Source: Phaeosaccion multiseriatum (lineage: Eukaryota; Protista; Ochrophyta, other classes). From it: a DNA stretch of 64,000 nt. The notes beneath the pieces were generated by a model. The model was not told the DNA's origin. It did not search any database and saw only the letters and a program-made list of their open reading frames with translations. The position numbers and the translations under genes are program-made. The stretch's first letter is position 1. Each line of letters starts with the position of its first letter. Shown piece by piece: positions 25,220 through 37,817 of the stretch. The stretch covers positions 4,092,001 to 4,156,000 of the forward strand of contig OZ218952.1 of NCBI GenBank assembly GCA_965112735.1. Direction: 5' to 3'.

Positions 25220-28200
25220 CTACTCCTGGCACGTGCCCTCGATGCAAAGTAGCTGTCTCTTACACGTGCTGTAGTCTTCGTTTCCTTCGCATCTCTCCCC
25301 GAGGCTGCCCAAGGAGGAGACGCACACGCCCGTGCCGCCAAAGGAGGAGTAAGGAGAGTACCAAGAAGAGGAGGAGGTGACTCCGTCCGTTGCCTCGTCC
25401 TCGCTGCCGTCGGACACACAGAAGGAGTACAAGTCCCCTCTACGCCCCCGAGGAGGGCAGCACGTGTTGCCGTAGTTCCACGACCGCCCAGTGCATGTCT
25501 CCCCCTCCTGGCCGCACTCCTCGCACTCTCCGTCCACGCACACGAGTCTCTCTGCACACGTGCTGTTGTCCACGTCGCCTTCGCAAGCATCACCAACCGC
25601 CCCCAATACGTCACACACACCCCCGATGCAGACGAATCCTGCCTCCCGGTCGCATGAGCTGTAGCCACCACTCCCCTCGCAAGCATCGCCTAGGGTGCCG
25701 GCAGCAGCCTGGCAGACGCCAACGGTAACGGGACGCTCCCAGGCGGGATAGCCGTAGGGCGTATAGACATCGGGTGTTGACGACTGGAAAGGGATGTTGA
25801 TGGAAGAGCTTGCCGATCGCGAGGCGTCGATGCAGGACCCAGTCGGCCTGTACCAGTACATGTAAGACTCCCCGCCCTCGTTCTCGGAGTCGGTGGAATA
25901 CCACGATGACCCGGATGACGAGGTGGAGGGGGTGCCGCAGCAGCCTGCGGCCTCCGTCCACGACGCGCTGGAACAGCTTTCGCCGTCCTCGATGCACGGC
26001 TGGCAGACCCCTTCAATGCAGTACAGATCTATGGCACAGGAGCTGCTGTAGGAGTCGCCGCTGGCATCTCCCTCGCATGCGTCGCCCTGGCCGCCGCGAG
26101 TGGCCTTGCACACACCCGTCGTCATGCTGGGGAATGTAGGAAGAAAGCCCGATTCCGAAATGCAAAAGCCCCCCCCCATCTCGCCGCTGCTCGTGCCGTC
26201 GCTGCCACAACAACCGCTCTCGCTCCAGTGGTACCCAGAGCAGTCCTCCCCGTCCTCGATACAGCCTCGGCACAGTCCCTCGATGCAATGCAGGCCGCGC
26301 TGACACGTGCTACCCGGCGAGTACCCACCAGCACCAGCATCTCCGTCGCACGCCTCCCCTACGGCCCCGCGGCGCGAAGCACAGGTGCCGCTCTTGAGCG
26401 TGCGGCCACGGTCCTCCTCGTAGTCGGGACTGGAGGTGGGGAATGTCGTGGAGGAGAACCAGGGGGAGCCCGCCCCAATGCAAAAGCCGTCCGGCTGATA
26501 GAAGCGAGAGCCAGAGAACTCAGAGGAAGAGTAGTTGCCTTGCGCGCTGGTCCCGTAGGTGCTGTCGTAACCATAATCATCTGCAGAGCCTTCAAAGCAG
26601 CAGGTGGACTCGCTCCACGAGTACGCCTCACAGGGGGAGCCGCTGGGGATGCACTCCTCGCACACGCCCTCGACGCAGTTCAGACTGTCACTGCAGGAGT
26701 TGTACCCTGAGTCACCCTCGCAGGCATCACCCGCCTTTCCAGGAGAGGCCTTGCACACCCCGACCGTGGAGAATTCCGTGGAGGAGTCCGTGGAGGAGTC
26801 CGAGATGCAGAAGCCGTTCCTGCCGCCGCCGCTGCTGCTGCTGCTGCTGCTCTCGATGCTGTTGTCGCTGCAACACGCATTGTTGTACCAATAGTGTCCC
26901 GAGCATGGGGCGCCCTCTTCGATGCAGTTTTGGCATGTGCCGTCGAGGCAGAAGAGATGACCCTCACAGGAGCTGTCTGCAGGACTGCCGCGCGCCTCGC
27001 ATGGCGACCCGAGCGTTCCTCGAGAGGACGCGCAGACTCCAGCGGTGGTGGTGTCGGAGTCACTGCTGAAGCCCATGTTGCTTCGCTCAGCACTGATGCA
27101 GTATCCCCATGTCTGGTAGCCAAAGCCGGGGAAAGAGGTGTAGAAGGTACCATCACTACCGCTTGTGTCACTAGCCTCGGCGGCGCCGCAGCATCCATTG
27201 AAGGAGTCGAACGACGTAGCCTCGCACGCCCCTCCGTCCTCGATGCACGGCTGGCAAATGCCGTCCACGCAAGGGCCGCTCTCGCAGGTGTTGGGCGATC
27301 CATAGAACGAGCCTTGCTCGCAAATGTCGCCGGTCTTGCCCTTGGTGGCAGAACAGATGCCAGTGCTGCTGATCAAAGCGGAACTGGAGTAAGAATCGAC
27401 TGACTCCCGACCTTCCACGATGCATGCGCCGGAGCCGTAAAGCCAGCCCCCCGAAGGGTCGGGGCAGCAACTAGATTGCTCCCAACGCGACGATTCACAG
27501 CTCTCTCCCTCCGCGATGCAGCCGCAAGTGCCGTCCTCGAGGCAAAAGAGGCCAGGACCGCAGGAGCTGAACGAGTGCCTGCCGGAGCAGGCCTCTCCCA
27601 AAGCACCCGCGAGGCCGCACACCCCTGCCCTCTTCGTCCCAGTCGTCGAGTATGCGGAAGAGCTGTACAAGACTTCATCGTCGCCATTGATGGTGGTGTT
27701 GTCGTCGTCGAAGATGCAGAAGCCCGGGCTCCACGACTCGTAAGCTTCGTATCTGTCGTAACCGTACTCCTCCTCGTAGACACCCCTGGTCATGTTGGCA
27801 AGGTCCTGATACGTATACTCGTCGGCCGACAAGTCGCTGTCGATCAAGGAAGAAAGAGTGTCCCAGGAGCTTGAGGAAGACCTGCCGCGGCCGTAACTGT
27901 CACAGCACTGAGAGCTATGCCAGGCGTAGGCCTCGCAGGGCTCGCCGACCTCGATGCAGGGCCCTCCACCACCACCATAGGGATAAGACCCTCCCTCTTC
28001 TCCGTCTTCGCCCTCCTCTTCTTCGCCTTCCGTTCCGCTCCCTGGCAGCGAAAGTGAGGCGGTGTTGCACTCGGGGAAAGAGTCGAAGCCGCAGAATTGG
28101 CAATCCTGGCCTAGGCCGGCAGCGTTACACCCGTGGCCTATTGAGGGGATGGAGGTGAGGTGAGGCGAGGCGAGGCAAGGGTATGGGTGAGGTCAGAAAC

Positions 28201-28788
28201 TCGTGATGATGGCAGGCATGGGCGGGCAGGGGGAGGGCAATTTTCGTTGTTTCTCTAGCGTTCTGCGTGGCGAGGACACTCCGCGAGGGACCCTATCCCC
28301 CCTCTTCGCAATCGGCAGCACCAGTTCTCCCCTCTCTCCCCTCCTCGGAATCAGCGTCGTGTGGGAGGCCGGCCTCCCAGCCACCACCACCACCCAGCTC
28401 TGACCTATCCCCTCCCCTTTGCGTAGCACAAGCTTACATCTCGTAGCGTGGACGGCGCAGTCCAGACAAGCGGCATCTGTGTGACACGGCTCGTCGGGAT
28501 TGAGTTCCAGGCAGCGGGCAGCGCAATCCACTCCAGAGGGTTCAAAGACCTCAGCTGATGCACGCTGAGGAGAAAGACACACACACGGAAACGGGAACAA
28601 CACGAGAACATGCGAGCAGGACAAGGGGCGAGGCGGGAGAGTAGCCGGGCGGGCGTCTGAGTGTATCCAATCAGTGCAGCAAAACGAGGAGGCCCCTCCT
28701 TTTTTCAGTTTTGTCTCACCTGAGTGTTGAGGAAGAGGCTGCTGCCGCTCAGCACGCCAAGCAAACCCATGCTCCTACATAAATTCAT
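25220..28788 (-). CDS. Secreted cysteine-rich repeat protein
   Basis: Exon 1 (28720-28788) encodes a signal-like N-terminus MNLCRSMGLLGVLSGSSLFLNTQ. The long last exon has ~6-7 modules of G-x2-G-x2-C..C-x3-L-x-C-x2-G-x-C-x2-C-x3-G-x2-C..CC..G-x-C..GVC separated by Ser/Tyr-rich linkers. Confidence 0.75.
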
Positions 28789-29185
28789 TGCTGTTGCACT
28801 CCCGTGGGAAAGAACAGCCCGTGCAAACGGGGGCCGTGCAAACGGGAAACCCTACTGAGCCTCAATAACTCTCTCCTTCAATACGTGACAACAGCCTCAA
28901 TGTGCTCGTGCCTCAATATGCTCCCTACGTGAATACGCACGATAGCCACAACGTGCCAGTGGCAAACGGAGGGGGAAGGCTAATAGCGTCTTCTGCTACA
29001 CAAAGGCAAGGTGGGGAGTGGGGAGTTGGGCGTGAAGCGGGGGAGGTTGAGGAAACTGAGCAGCTGCTCAAAGCAAAAGCACAACGCATAAGAACTTTCG
29101 TCTCTTTTAAGGTAGATTCGGGGGATGATTTGGGGAGGGGTACAAAATCATTGACTTGTCTCTCTCCCCATGTCCCAACGCGTAA

Positions 29186-29678
29186 TCGGCCCTGTGCACG
29201 CCTAGCGGCCTAGGCCTATTTTGGAAAATTGCCCGGCCTAGCGAGGGCCGTAGGCCCTCGGCCTATTTATAGGCCGCCTAGACGGTGGCCTAGGCGGGGG
29301 CCGGAGGCCCGCGGCCTAGGGGAGACGCCAACTATATGCCCCTGGGCTGGCCCGGAACCCGCCCAAGTGTCGTCAGTTTTAAGCAAATGTTAAGGAAAAG
29401 GGAAGAGTAGACTTGACTAGGTTCGTGTTGTCTCTTTCCGCCTCGCTGGCCCTACGAGGAGTGCAGGCCTACAGGTGTGCTGCTACCCACTGGCTGGGCG
29501 GCACCACGCACGCACCCACGGTCACTGGGAGGCTGCCTAGAGGCGGGCTATAGGCCGCCTAGGGCTGAAAAGTGAGCGGCCTAGAGCGGCCGGAGGCCGC
29601 CGGCCTAGGCCTATTTCGGCCGAAGGCCGAGCGGCCTAGCGGCCTAGAGCCTAGGCCGCTAGGCGTGCACGGGGCCGA
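29186..29678. mobile_element. MITE family A, copy 2, with 6-bp TSD
   Basis: TIRs TCGGCCCTGTGCACGCCTAGCGGCCTAGGC ... GCCTAGGCCGCTAGGCGTGCACGGGGCCGA; TSD GCGTAA at 29180-29185 and 29679-29684; homologous to 18365-18816. Confidence 0.9.
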
Positions 29679-29700
29679 GCGTAAACCAACGCGATAGAGC

Positions 29701-32700
29701 CTACAGCCAAGTAGGCCCATCCTCTCCTCCGAACATGGCGAGGGTCACTCCCACCTTTGGCCAACACCGGGGGGGCTCTCGCTCTTCTGCTTGCTCTTCC
29801 GCTCCACCACCTCTGGACTCGGCGCCTGCCGCTTGCGAATGCCCCTCGCCTTGTCCTACTGCTACTCCTACTCCTACTGCGGTTGCTGCTGCTGCTGCTG
29901 CTGCTTGTGCTTCTTCGTCTGCCACGAGGCGAGGCGAAGGAGGAGGAGGAGGTGCAGGTGGGAGAGACTGGGAGGGCATGAACGCGCTCCTCAGTATCTC
30001 TAGGATTTGCTGCAGCCCGTACCGACCCGAAACATGGCAGAGGACGAGCTCCCTCACTCCGGCCAAGCGATTCGCCTGCGCGACACAAAGGAGGGGCGGC
30101 ACGGGGGGGAGGGCGGTGGCGGAGCGAGTAAGCGAATTAACGGGCTGGGTTGAAAAGATTTTCACCAGATAGAGAGTTTCCTCCTGTTCTCATGGCTTAA
30201 CTCAACAAGTCCCAAGACCAAGTACGCGCTGAATTGAATGGAGGGTGAAAGGAGAAGATCCGACCATGTGGAGAGTGCAGTCTCCTCCGCCACACAGTCC
30301 CTCCTCCAAGCTCCCTCTCACCTGCTCCAGCACGTCCTCCAAGTGGATGTGCTGCCACTGCTTCGCCTTGCTTTTGTCTCCAGTCAAGTACGACAACTTC
30401 ACGATGAACGGACAGATAGACGAGAGAGAGAGAGAGGGAGAGCGCGCGCGAGTGGGAGAGGAAGAGAGAGAGAGACGGCGGAGAGAAGACAGAGAGGCAC
30501 AGAGACACAGAGACACACAGAGAGAGAGAGAGAGAGTAAGAGAGAGGGAGAGAGCCGGAGAGATAGAGATGCATAGATCGAGAGAATGAGCGAGCAGACA
30601 CTGAGACTTGCACATACCGAACACAAGTAAACGCAAGCGTGAGTTGGATGGGAGACCGCGCCTTGCAGGCTCAATGCTCACGTGCTCTTGCGTTTGAGAG
30701 CGAGCCCAAGGGCGCTTCCACACCCCCTTGCTCGCCCTTCCTTGATCTCTCTCGGCACGGCACGGCAGGGCAGGCCGTGTGAGTGAGCACGTCCCACGTG
30801 CCCCCCTCACCCTCCTCCTCACCCTCGCCCTCACCTCCATGAGTAGCAGCCTCGCCTTCCACACGGCGTCGACCTCAAGGAGAGCCTCCATCTCCGTGTC
30901 TCCGGTATACACCACCTACACAATGAAGCGAAGTGACATCAGAGCATTCAAAGATGGGGGTGTTGCACTGAGTGGACACCCAACCGAGGCACCAAGTACC
31001 CCGACTGGCGACTGGGGCGGGGGGTGAGTGGTGTTCAAAGATAGTTCCGACCCTCATTACACTCTCTCACTCACTTCCTCACCTCCACCACCTCCTTACT
31101 CTGCTCGATGGAGACGCCCGCCTTACGAAGATTCCGCAGCTCCTGCCCATCCAACCCCCGATACTCCTCCTTCAGGCCCATTCGCTATCCGAAACATGAT
31201 TGGGCGAAAGAGCAGCGCAAGCAAGAAGGGGTGGAGTGTCGTTGAGGGGTGCAGTAAGACAATCATATTCTCGCCACTCGACTTAAGAGAGACTTGAAGC
31301 GGGTGCTCGTGGGCATATAGACCTGAATCTACTGCCTCGTTCTCTCTCCATCTCTCGTTCTCCTTGCCTACTATACAAGACAGACACAACACAACAACGA
31401 CCCAAAAAGACCCACACAGGCCGGCCGGCATACAAACCTTTTGCTGGAGGATGGCGTATCCCTGACTCGCGACCCTGTGCTTGGTCTCGAAGGCCTGCAC
31501 GAAGCACCCGTCGCCTAGGGAGACTCTGGCGTGTCCGGGCAGGAAGGGCACGAACTTCATCGGAATTTCGGAGCCGTTCATCGCAGAGAATGCCACGCGA
31601 GCCGCCTCGAGGCCAGCGATAACATCCGGAGGAGCGTAGTAACTACTCAGCAGCAGCAACAGTAGACAAGAGGGGGGGGTGGGGAGAGGTCAAGACACAA
31701 TACAGAATGGGACAATGCGCCCGCAGCGACATCGGACGCGCCCACACGCACACACACACACATAGCACGCACGCACGCACGCACGCACGGACCTTGCTGG
31801 CGCCTGGGCTGTGAGGCTTCTCATCCTCGCGTGTATGACTGCAGCGCCGCAGTGGTCCGTATGCCCATGGCTGATGAACACGTGCTTGCAGCCTGCCACC
31901 TGCTCCGGGCAAACTCCAATGTCGAAGGCCACCCTCAGCCTCTTGACCCTCTTGTGTGTCACCTCAAGGCAAGTCGCCACTCCAGCCTTGGACCAGGCAC
32001 CGGATAGGAAGAAGTCACACACATCCTCCTCCGCCTCTTCCTTCTTCCGCCGCTGCTTTTTTTCGCTCTTTGACACAACCGGCACTCCTGGGGTGGACGT
32101 TGGTGCGGCGGCAGGCAGTGGTACAGCAGGCTCTGAAGCCGACTTCATCTCGCTCGGGGGTCCTCCTGACTGCGCCATGTCCTCTTGTTTTGCTCTAGCT
32201 TGACCACCTCCTCCTGCACCAGTTCCTTCGCCTACTTCTCCCTCCCCTCCGTCTGCGGCGTGCGCTGCCAGAGCCCCCCTCAGTGCACTTGGCTCACCTA
32301 GTGGGGCATGTGGGGTGAAGGCTTTGTCTGATTCGTCGTCTCCATCTACATCCTCCTCGTCCGCCTCGCCGTGGCCCTGGTCCTGCTCATTCTCGGCCGC
32401 ATGTCGAGTACTCTGCAGCTGCGCCCCTGTGCAGTGGAGCGCCTTCCTCTCCAGGGCCAGCAGCAAGTGTCGCATATCCTCAGCAAGCGAGGGCTCCTGC
32501 TCAAGCACCAGCTGATGCGCTGTCCACCCCTCCACGTTCTCCGTTTTGGCGAGTCGAGTGAATTCTCGCGCCCCTTCTCCCCCCCCTGAGCTTACTTCTT
32601 CTTGCTCCACTGCTGGTGTTGATGTTCTTCTCCCTTCCCCTCCCTGGAGAAGCTGCTCAAGGCTGCGCAACACGCCGAACTGTCCCTCAATAACCGCAGT

Positions 32701-33068
32701 GTGCACGAGAGTGTTTCCCGTCGTAGGCACCACGGATGATGCAGGACGTAGACCACGCTGCACAAGCCATGTCAGGGCATCGACATCCCCCTCCGCAGCT
32801 GCGATGTGGAGCAAATCCCTCCCTATAAAGAGAGAAGGGGAAGAGATAGATAGATAGAGAGAGAGAGAAGACAGAGGGAGGGGTAAGGAGGGAGAGGGCC
32901 AGCGGGAAAGGGCCTCAGCAAGGAGAAGAGGGAAAGCGTTATGTCTAATGCTTTACCTAACGGGTCCTTAAAGTCCAGGTCCGCGATGTCCCTTCCTCTC
33001 TCCAGCAATTGAGAGAGGTTCTCCTCCTTCCCCTGGCCGCGCAAGATGGACGTAGCAAGAGCAGACAT
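29701..33068 (-). CDS. Short-form (TM-type-like) tRNase Z / metallo-beta-lactamase with an N-terminal ankyrin-like region
   Basis: MBL motifs: SKAGVATC, AFDIGVCP, FISHGHTDH (HxHxDH), TKHRVASQGY, YTGDT, LLME, HIHL, LVLCHVSGRY. N-terminal LLHIAAAEGD..GNTLVHTAVIEG..GWTAHQL ankyrin-like repeats lie in the same exon/ORF as the first MBL motifs. Confidence 0.8.
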
Positions 33069-33575
33069 TTGAGGAGGTAAACATTTCAGGGGGTAGGTAA
33101 TGCTTAAGTGCCATCTATGCGTGATCATCATCGTAAGGAGGCGAGGTTGAAAGTTGGTAGTATGCCTTTGGCTCACATCTGGCTTCCACCCACCATATTT
33201 CCTCCTCCTCTGTCAATATATGTGCCTCCTCTGTCCTTGACCTGAGCGTATCACGTTGGCTGCTGGCTTTGATTTCTTCAGGAAGGTACAGCGGAAGGCG
33301 GAGCAAAAGTAGCGAAGCAGCACAAAGAGGGAGGAGAAAGCTTTTTTTTCTTCTTTCTGGCTTTTGAACGTCCTGTTTACGACCAATGGAGCTCTCTCCG
33401 TAACAGGTCCTCCCTCTCCCACTCGTGAGCGCCTCTGATAGGGGACTCACTGTAGTTGCGGTGGCCTCCGCAGGCGGAGAGTACCCCACCCAGATTGAAA
33501 CTCTTCTCTCTTGCCACAGCACGCCGCAAGCAGGAGAGAAGTACCACCACCAGCAATAGAAGCACAGCGGCCACA

Positions 33576-36273
33576 ATGGGCGGAAGGGACACCACCCAAA
33601 GCTTGGCCCGCTTCTTTGGAGCTGTCAATTCGGCAGTGGACATGCAGGATGGGCCCAACTTGGCCACGTGCCTGGAGCTGGGGTGTGGGCACCCTGTAGG
33701 GAAGGGCGGGTGGATAGATGACGCTGCTGCTGCTGCCATGGCGTCGCCAGACGGCGTGGAGGCCCTTTGCTCGCAGTACATCAAGAATCAGGCGTTCCGT
33801 GACGTTGTCGCGGCGGTACTGAAGAGCAGAGACGCTCGGAGTAGAGGGAGGCATGAAGACGCCTTCATGAGCTACACTGTCGGATTCAAGTGAGTCTGTG
33901 AGTCTCGGATGAGGCAGATCGGGCGACAAAAAGGACGTCCTCTACGGAGTCAATGTCACTCTTTGTGGACACGTGGAGGGGGGGGGGCGGGGGTCCCATT
34001 CCCAAAAGAGGACACTCACATTATATGTATTTCCCTTCTCATCATCGCTCCCTCCCTCGCCTCTCCGTCCACCCACCCACCCACACCCCCCTCAAGCAAA
34101 TTCACCGATGAGGTGTTTCGCAAGTGCGAACGCGAGAACTGGTTCATGCCCGCCATGCATGCCTTCGCCAGAGACCTGCGTCTGTCCGCCGAGGCGGCCG
34201 ACAAGGAGGCCAAGGAGGACGTGGGGGGGGGTGCAACAGGGAAGGGGCAGAACAAGAGGAAGAAGGGCGACGAAGGCAAACACCACCTCCGAGACGCGGC
34301 CAACGTAGTGCAAAACGCCTTTCGCTATGCCACCAATGACAGAACGCCCATTACGGACAGCAAGAGCAAAAAGGCGGGCTCTCTGTATCTGGTGTGTCAA
34401 ATGTTCAAAATCTACTTTAGGCTCAACCTGCTGCGGCAGTGCAAGGTATGTGAGGACGAGAGAGAGAGAGAGAAGGGGAGAGAGGGGGGAAGAGGGAGAG
34501 AGAGAGAGGAGGTAGAGAGAGAAAGACGAGAGAGAGAAGATAGAGAGTGGGAGAGAGAAGAGAGAGAAATGAGAGAGAAGAGAAAGGCGGGCATGACATG
34601 ACGATGCTCCTCATCGTGAGTGTACAGCGGTGGCAGAGGAGCATTTTCTGCCCGAGCGTTTGATTGATTCAAGTGGGTGGGCCGGTGAATCCAAGCGGCG
34701 TATCAACCGGCCATCCGATTGCTTGTGTACATCCCGTCTCTGCTCGATATCTTGGCAACTTCACAACCCGTCCTGTCTCTGTCACCGCAGTTCTGCATCA
34801 GCGCGATGGACAAGTACATTCTGGACACCGATGCGCGCTGCTTCGACAAGGCCGATCTCATCACCTACCGCTTCTACACGGGGCGGCTCAAGCTCTTCGA
34901 GGATCAGGTGAGGCTCCTGCTGCAGTTGGGTGTGCGACGCTGTTCACAGGCCACGCTGCTGCTGCTGCTGCTGCTTCCGTTGTGATACGTCAAGCCATGT
35001 TGCACACATTCAGTATACCCAAGGACATGTCACCCCCCTGCCCGCCCTTTCTCACCCTCGTCCTGCCCTCCTCCTGCTCTCTTTCTCCTCTTCGCGCCCC
35101 CTTTCCCTCCCATCCCCTCTCCCTCCCTCCCCCTCCCCTCCCTTCCACTCCCCTCCTCTCCTCCCCTCCCCCTCGCCTTCACCTTCCCAACCACCCAATC
35201 CTAACCACACCAGTTCGACGACGCAGAGACGCACCTGGACTTTTGCCTCAAGCACTGCCACAAGGACGCCTTCCACAACAAGCGCCGCATCCTCACCTAC
35301 CTCGTGCCCATCAAGCTCTACCTTGGCAAGCTCCCCACCCGAGCCCTACTGGACAAGTACCAACTCAACGAGTTCAAGAGCATCGTGGCGGCGGTCAAGA
35401 GCGGCGATCTCAAGGGGTTCAACTCAGGCCTGGACGATTGTCAGGAGCTGTTTATTAGGAAGGGCACTTTTCTGCTGTTGGAGAAGGTAAGGTGGCCCTC
35501 CTAAGGTGTTTCTCTCTCTGTGTGTGTGTGTGTGTCCCAGACTCAACCTGTTCATTGCTGCGTCTACACATTGCAAACAAGCAGCTCTGCCCCCGAGCAG
35601 AGTGGTGAATTACATTTCCTTCCACCAATCAAGGACTCCAACACCTTGCCCTCTACAACTCACAGGTGCGCACGCTTGTGTACCGCAATCTGTTCAAGAA
35701 GATCGCCTCTATTGCCAACACGCATCAAATCAGACTCAGCCTACTCGAGCAGGTGAGTGGGTAGGGAAAGGGAGGGGTGGGGCCCCCTCGCTCACAGAGA
35801 GGGCTCGAAGGCGTCTCAAGTCAAGGCGGAGGAGGCATGTAGCTTGCGCTACGATAACTCTCCTGAAGGGTGCCCCACTCTGCTACTGCTTGGACGGAGT
35901 GTTCCCTCCGTCCAATCGCAACTCTCTTGCCCCACACGCCCTTGCTCTCCCTGCCAAGCCACTGACATATCTCTCTCTCTCTCATCTCCTCGCTCTCTTC
36001 ACTCTTTCTTTCTGTCTCTCTCTTCCTCTCCCTCCCTCCCTCCCTCTGTCTCTCCATGACCACCCCATGACCACCTACCCACCCACCCACACCCTTCAAC
36101 CTCAGGCCCTGCGCGCCATGGGCATGGAAGACATGGAGCTTGCCGAGGTTGAGTGCATCCTCGCCAACCTCATCTTCAGAGGCATCATCAAGGGGTACAT
36201 TGCGCACAAGCAGCAGGTGCTGGTTCTGTCCAAGAAGGGGCCCTTCCCCACGGACAGGGTGGTGCTCACATGA
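33576..36273 (+). CDS. PCID2: PCI domain-containing protein 2 (Thp1/Csn12-like, TREX-2 subunit)
   Basis: SKKAGSLYLVCQMFKIYFRLN, ITYRFYTGRL, NKRRILTYLVPIKL.LGKLP, EVECILANLIFRGIIKGYIAHKQQVLVLSKKGPFP; 6 exons with GT-AG introns. Confidence 0.9.
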
Positions 36274-36398
36274 CACGCGTACACTGTGGCGTATGTGGGG
36301 CAGGGGCAGGGATATTGAGTAGTGGGCAGAGGCTATGCGTCCATCCCTCTCAAAATCAGTAATTACATCTATTTAAGAACTCGGCCGAGACTTTTTCT

Positions 36399-36935
36399 TC
36401 AGTCTGTCTTTCCGCTGTCTATTTTCCCGCCGCTACTGCTGGTGCTGCTGCTACCGCTGCTATCCCCGCTGCCCGCTCCAGCCGCTTTGCATCGATTGTA
36501 CTCTCCTACGAACCTACATAGGATGGGGGGAAGTGTGGCGCGGGGAGATTGTTAGATACAGGGTCAGGGAATTCATCGGGAGGGACGAACGACGCATCAC
36601 ATTGCGCATCTCCAAAGTGAGAAAGCAACTGGTGGGTGGCGAATGACCCTTCGGACTCGCCTCCTCCTCGCCTCTGCCCACATCTGTCTGTATCACTCCC
36701 GAATGAGAGCTCCTTACCAGTTCAAAGATGCCATGAGGCCGCATCCTAGGCCACCCATGATCGTAATGTGAATGTTGCCCACCCCCATGACATGCAGCAC
36801 GGCAATGAGCCCGAAGAGGAGCACGAGCACACCGTTGATGAAGGGAAGCAGGATCAGAGACGAGTCCGGCCGGAGGAGGTGCCCGACCAGTCCGCCCATC
36901 TCTTCCGCTGGGCGCCCTGGTTGTCCTGGCGCCAT
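36399..36935 (-). CDS. Pkr1-like ER membrane protein (V-ATPase assembly factor family)
   Basis: Two exons (36718-36935 and 36399-36513) give ~110 aa with two TM helices and LLRPDSS..N..L / NIH....L..GL.ASLNWFVGE, resembling the fungal Pkr1 pattern as I recall it. Confidence 0.6.
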
Positions 36936-37817
36936 CTTTTGCGTGCGAATAGTCAGGAATACGAGCGAGAGGGCGAGGAAAAGGGGGGGAGGAGGCTTCA
37001 GACTTCATTGGAATTGGATCACCGAAGTGAGGAGGAAAGGAGAGTGGCCAAGAGGGTGATTTGGATCAGGCTCCGGCCGGTCTAACAAGACACAACCCAC
37101 TCCTCCCACAGTGGCAACAGCTTTGATCCGCGTCGCACCTCACTCACCTAGAATTCCCTCCCCTCTCCCTCTCGCCAAATTCTTCCGGGAGATATCCTCC
37201 AATATTACTTCCGACTTTAAAACTGCTGGCAGTCTCCCTGGTTGCTGCCTTGGTTTCTCTATAGTAAGAAAGTAGATGGGAGGAGTAAGGAGAGGGGAGG
37301 GGAAGGAGAGCAAAGGTCCTGATTTGAGAATCTGGGGCCCGAAAGTCTCACCGAAAAAAACGTTTGGAAATGAAAACCCGAAAAGCTCAGGCCCTTTCAG
37401 GAGGTACATTCAAAAACGGCTCCAGACGAGGGTTTCCGACCTTATTCTAAGCGGGTTTCCGAGACTGTATATGCGGTGAGTCTGGGAGGGCCCAAAGTCT
37501 CACCCTTACGTAAGGGAAAAATAGCCATCACCCCTAATATTAAGGGGTGTGGCGGTTCGGAGAGTTCACACTTGGGTTTATTACAGGGTTGGCATTTGAC
37601 TTGATTTAAGTATAGAAAAACGGCATGATGATTACGTAAGGTATCTGGCAAATATCGATATATTCGATTTTACATGTGCCATGCCTTTTTCGGAAGGAGG
37701 GTACAAAGTGCGTCCATGGACTCGTTACCCGCTCAACAAAAGAGTTGTATTTCTGACGCCTGGGATATCCTCGTTTGCTCACGGGCAAGAAATATGTGCG
37801 AAAATGAAAAGCACACA

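Noticed and set aside
1-36935. Functional V-ATPase assembly cluster (Rav1-like + Pkr1-like)
   Set aside because: The genes are 25 kb apart with unrelated genes between them; probably coincidence.
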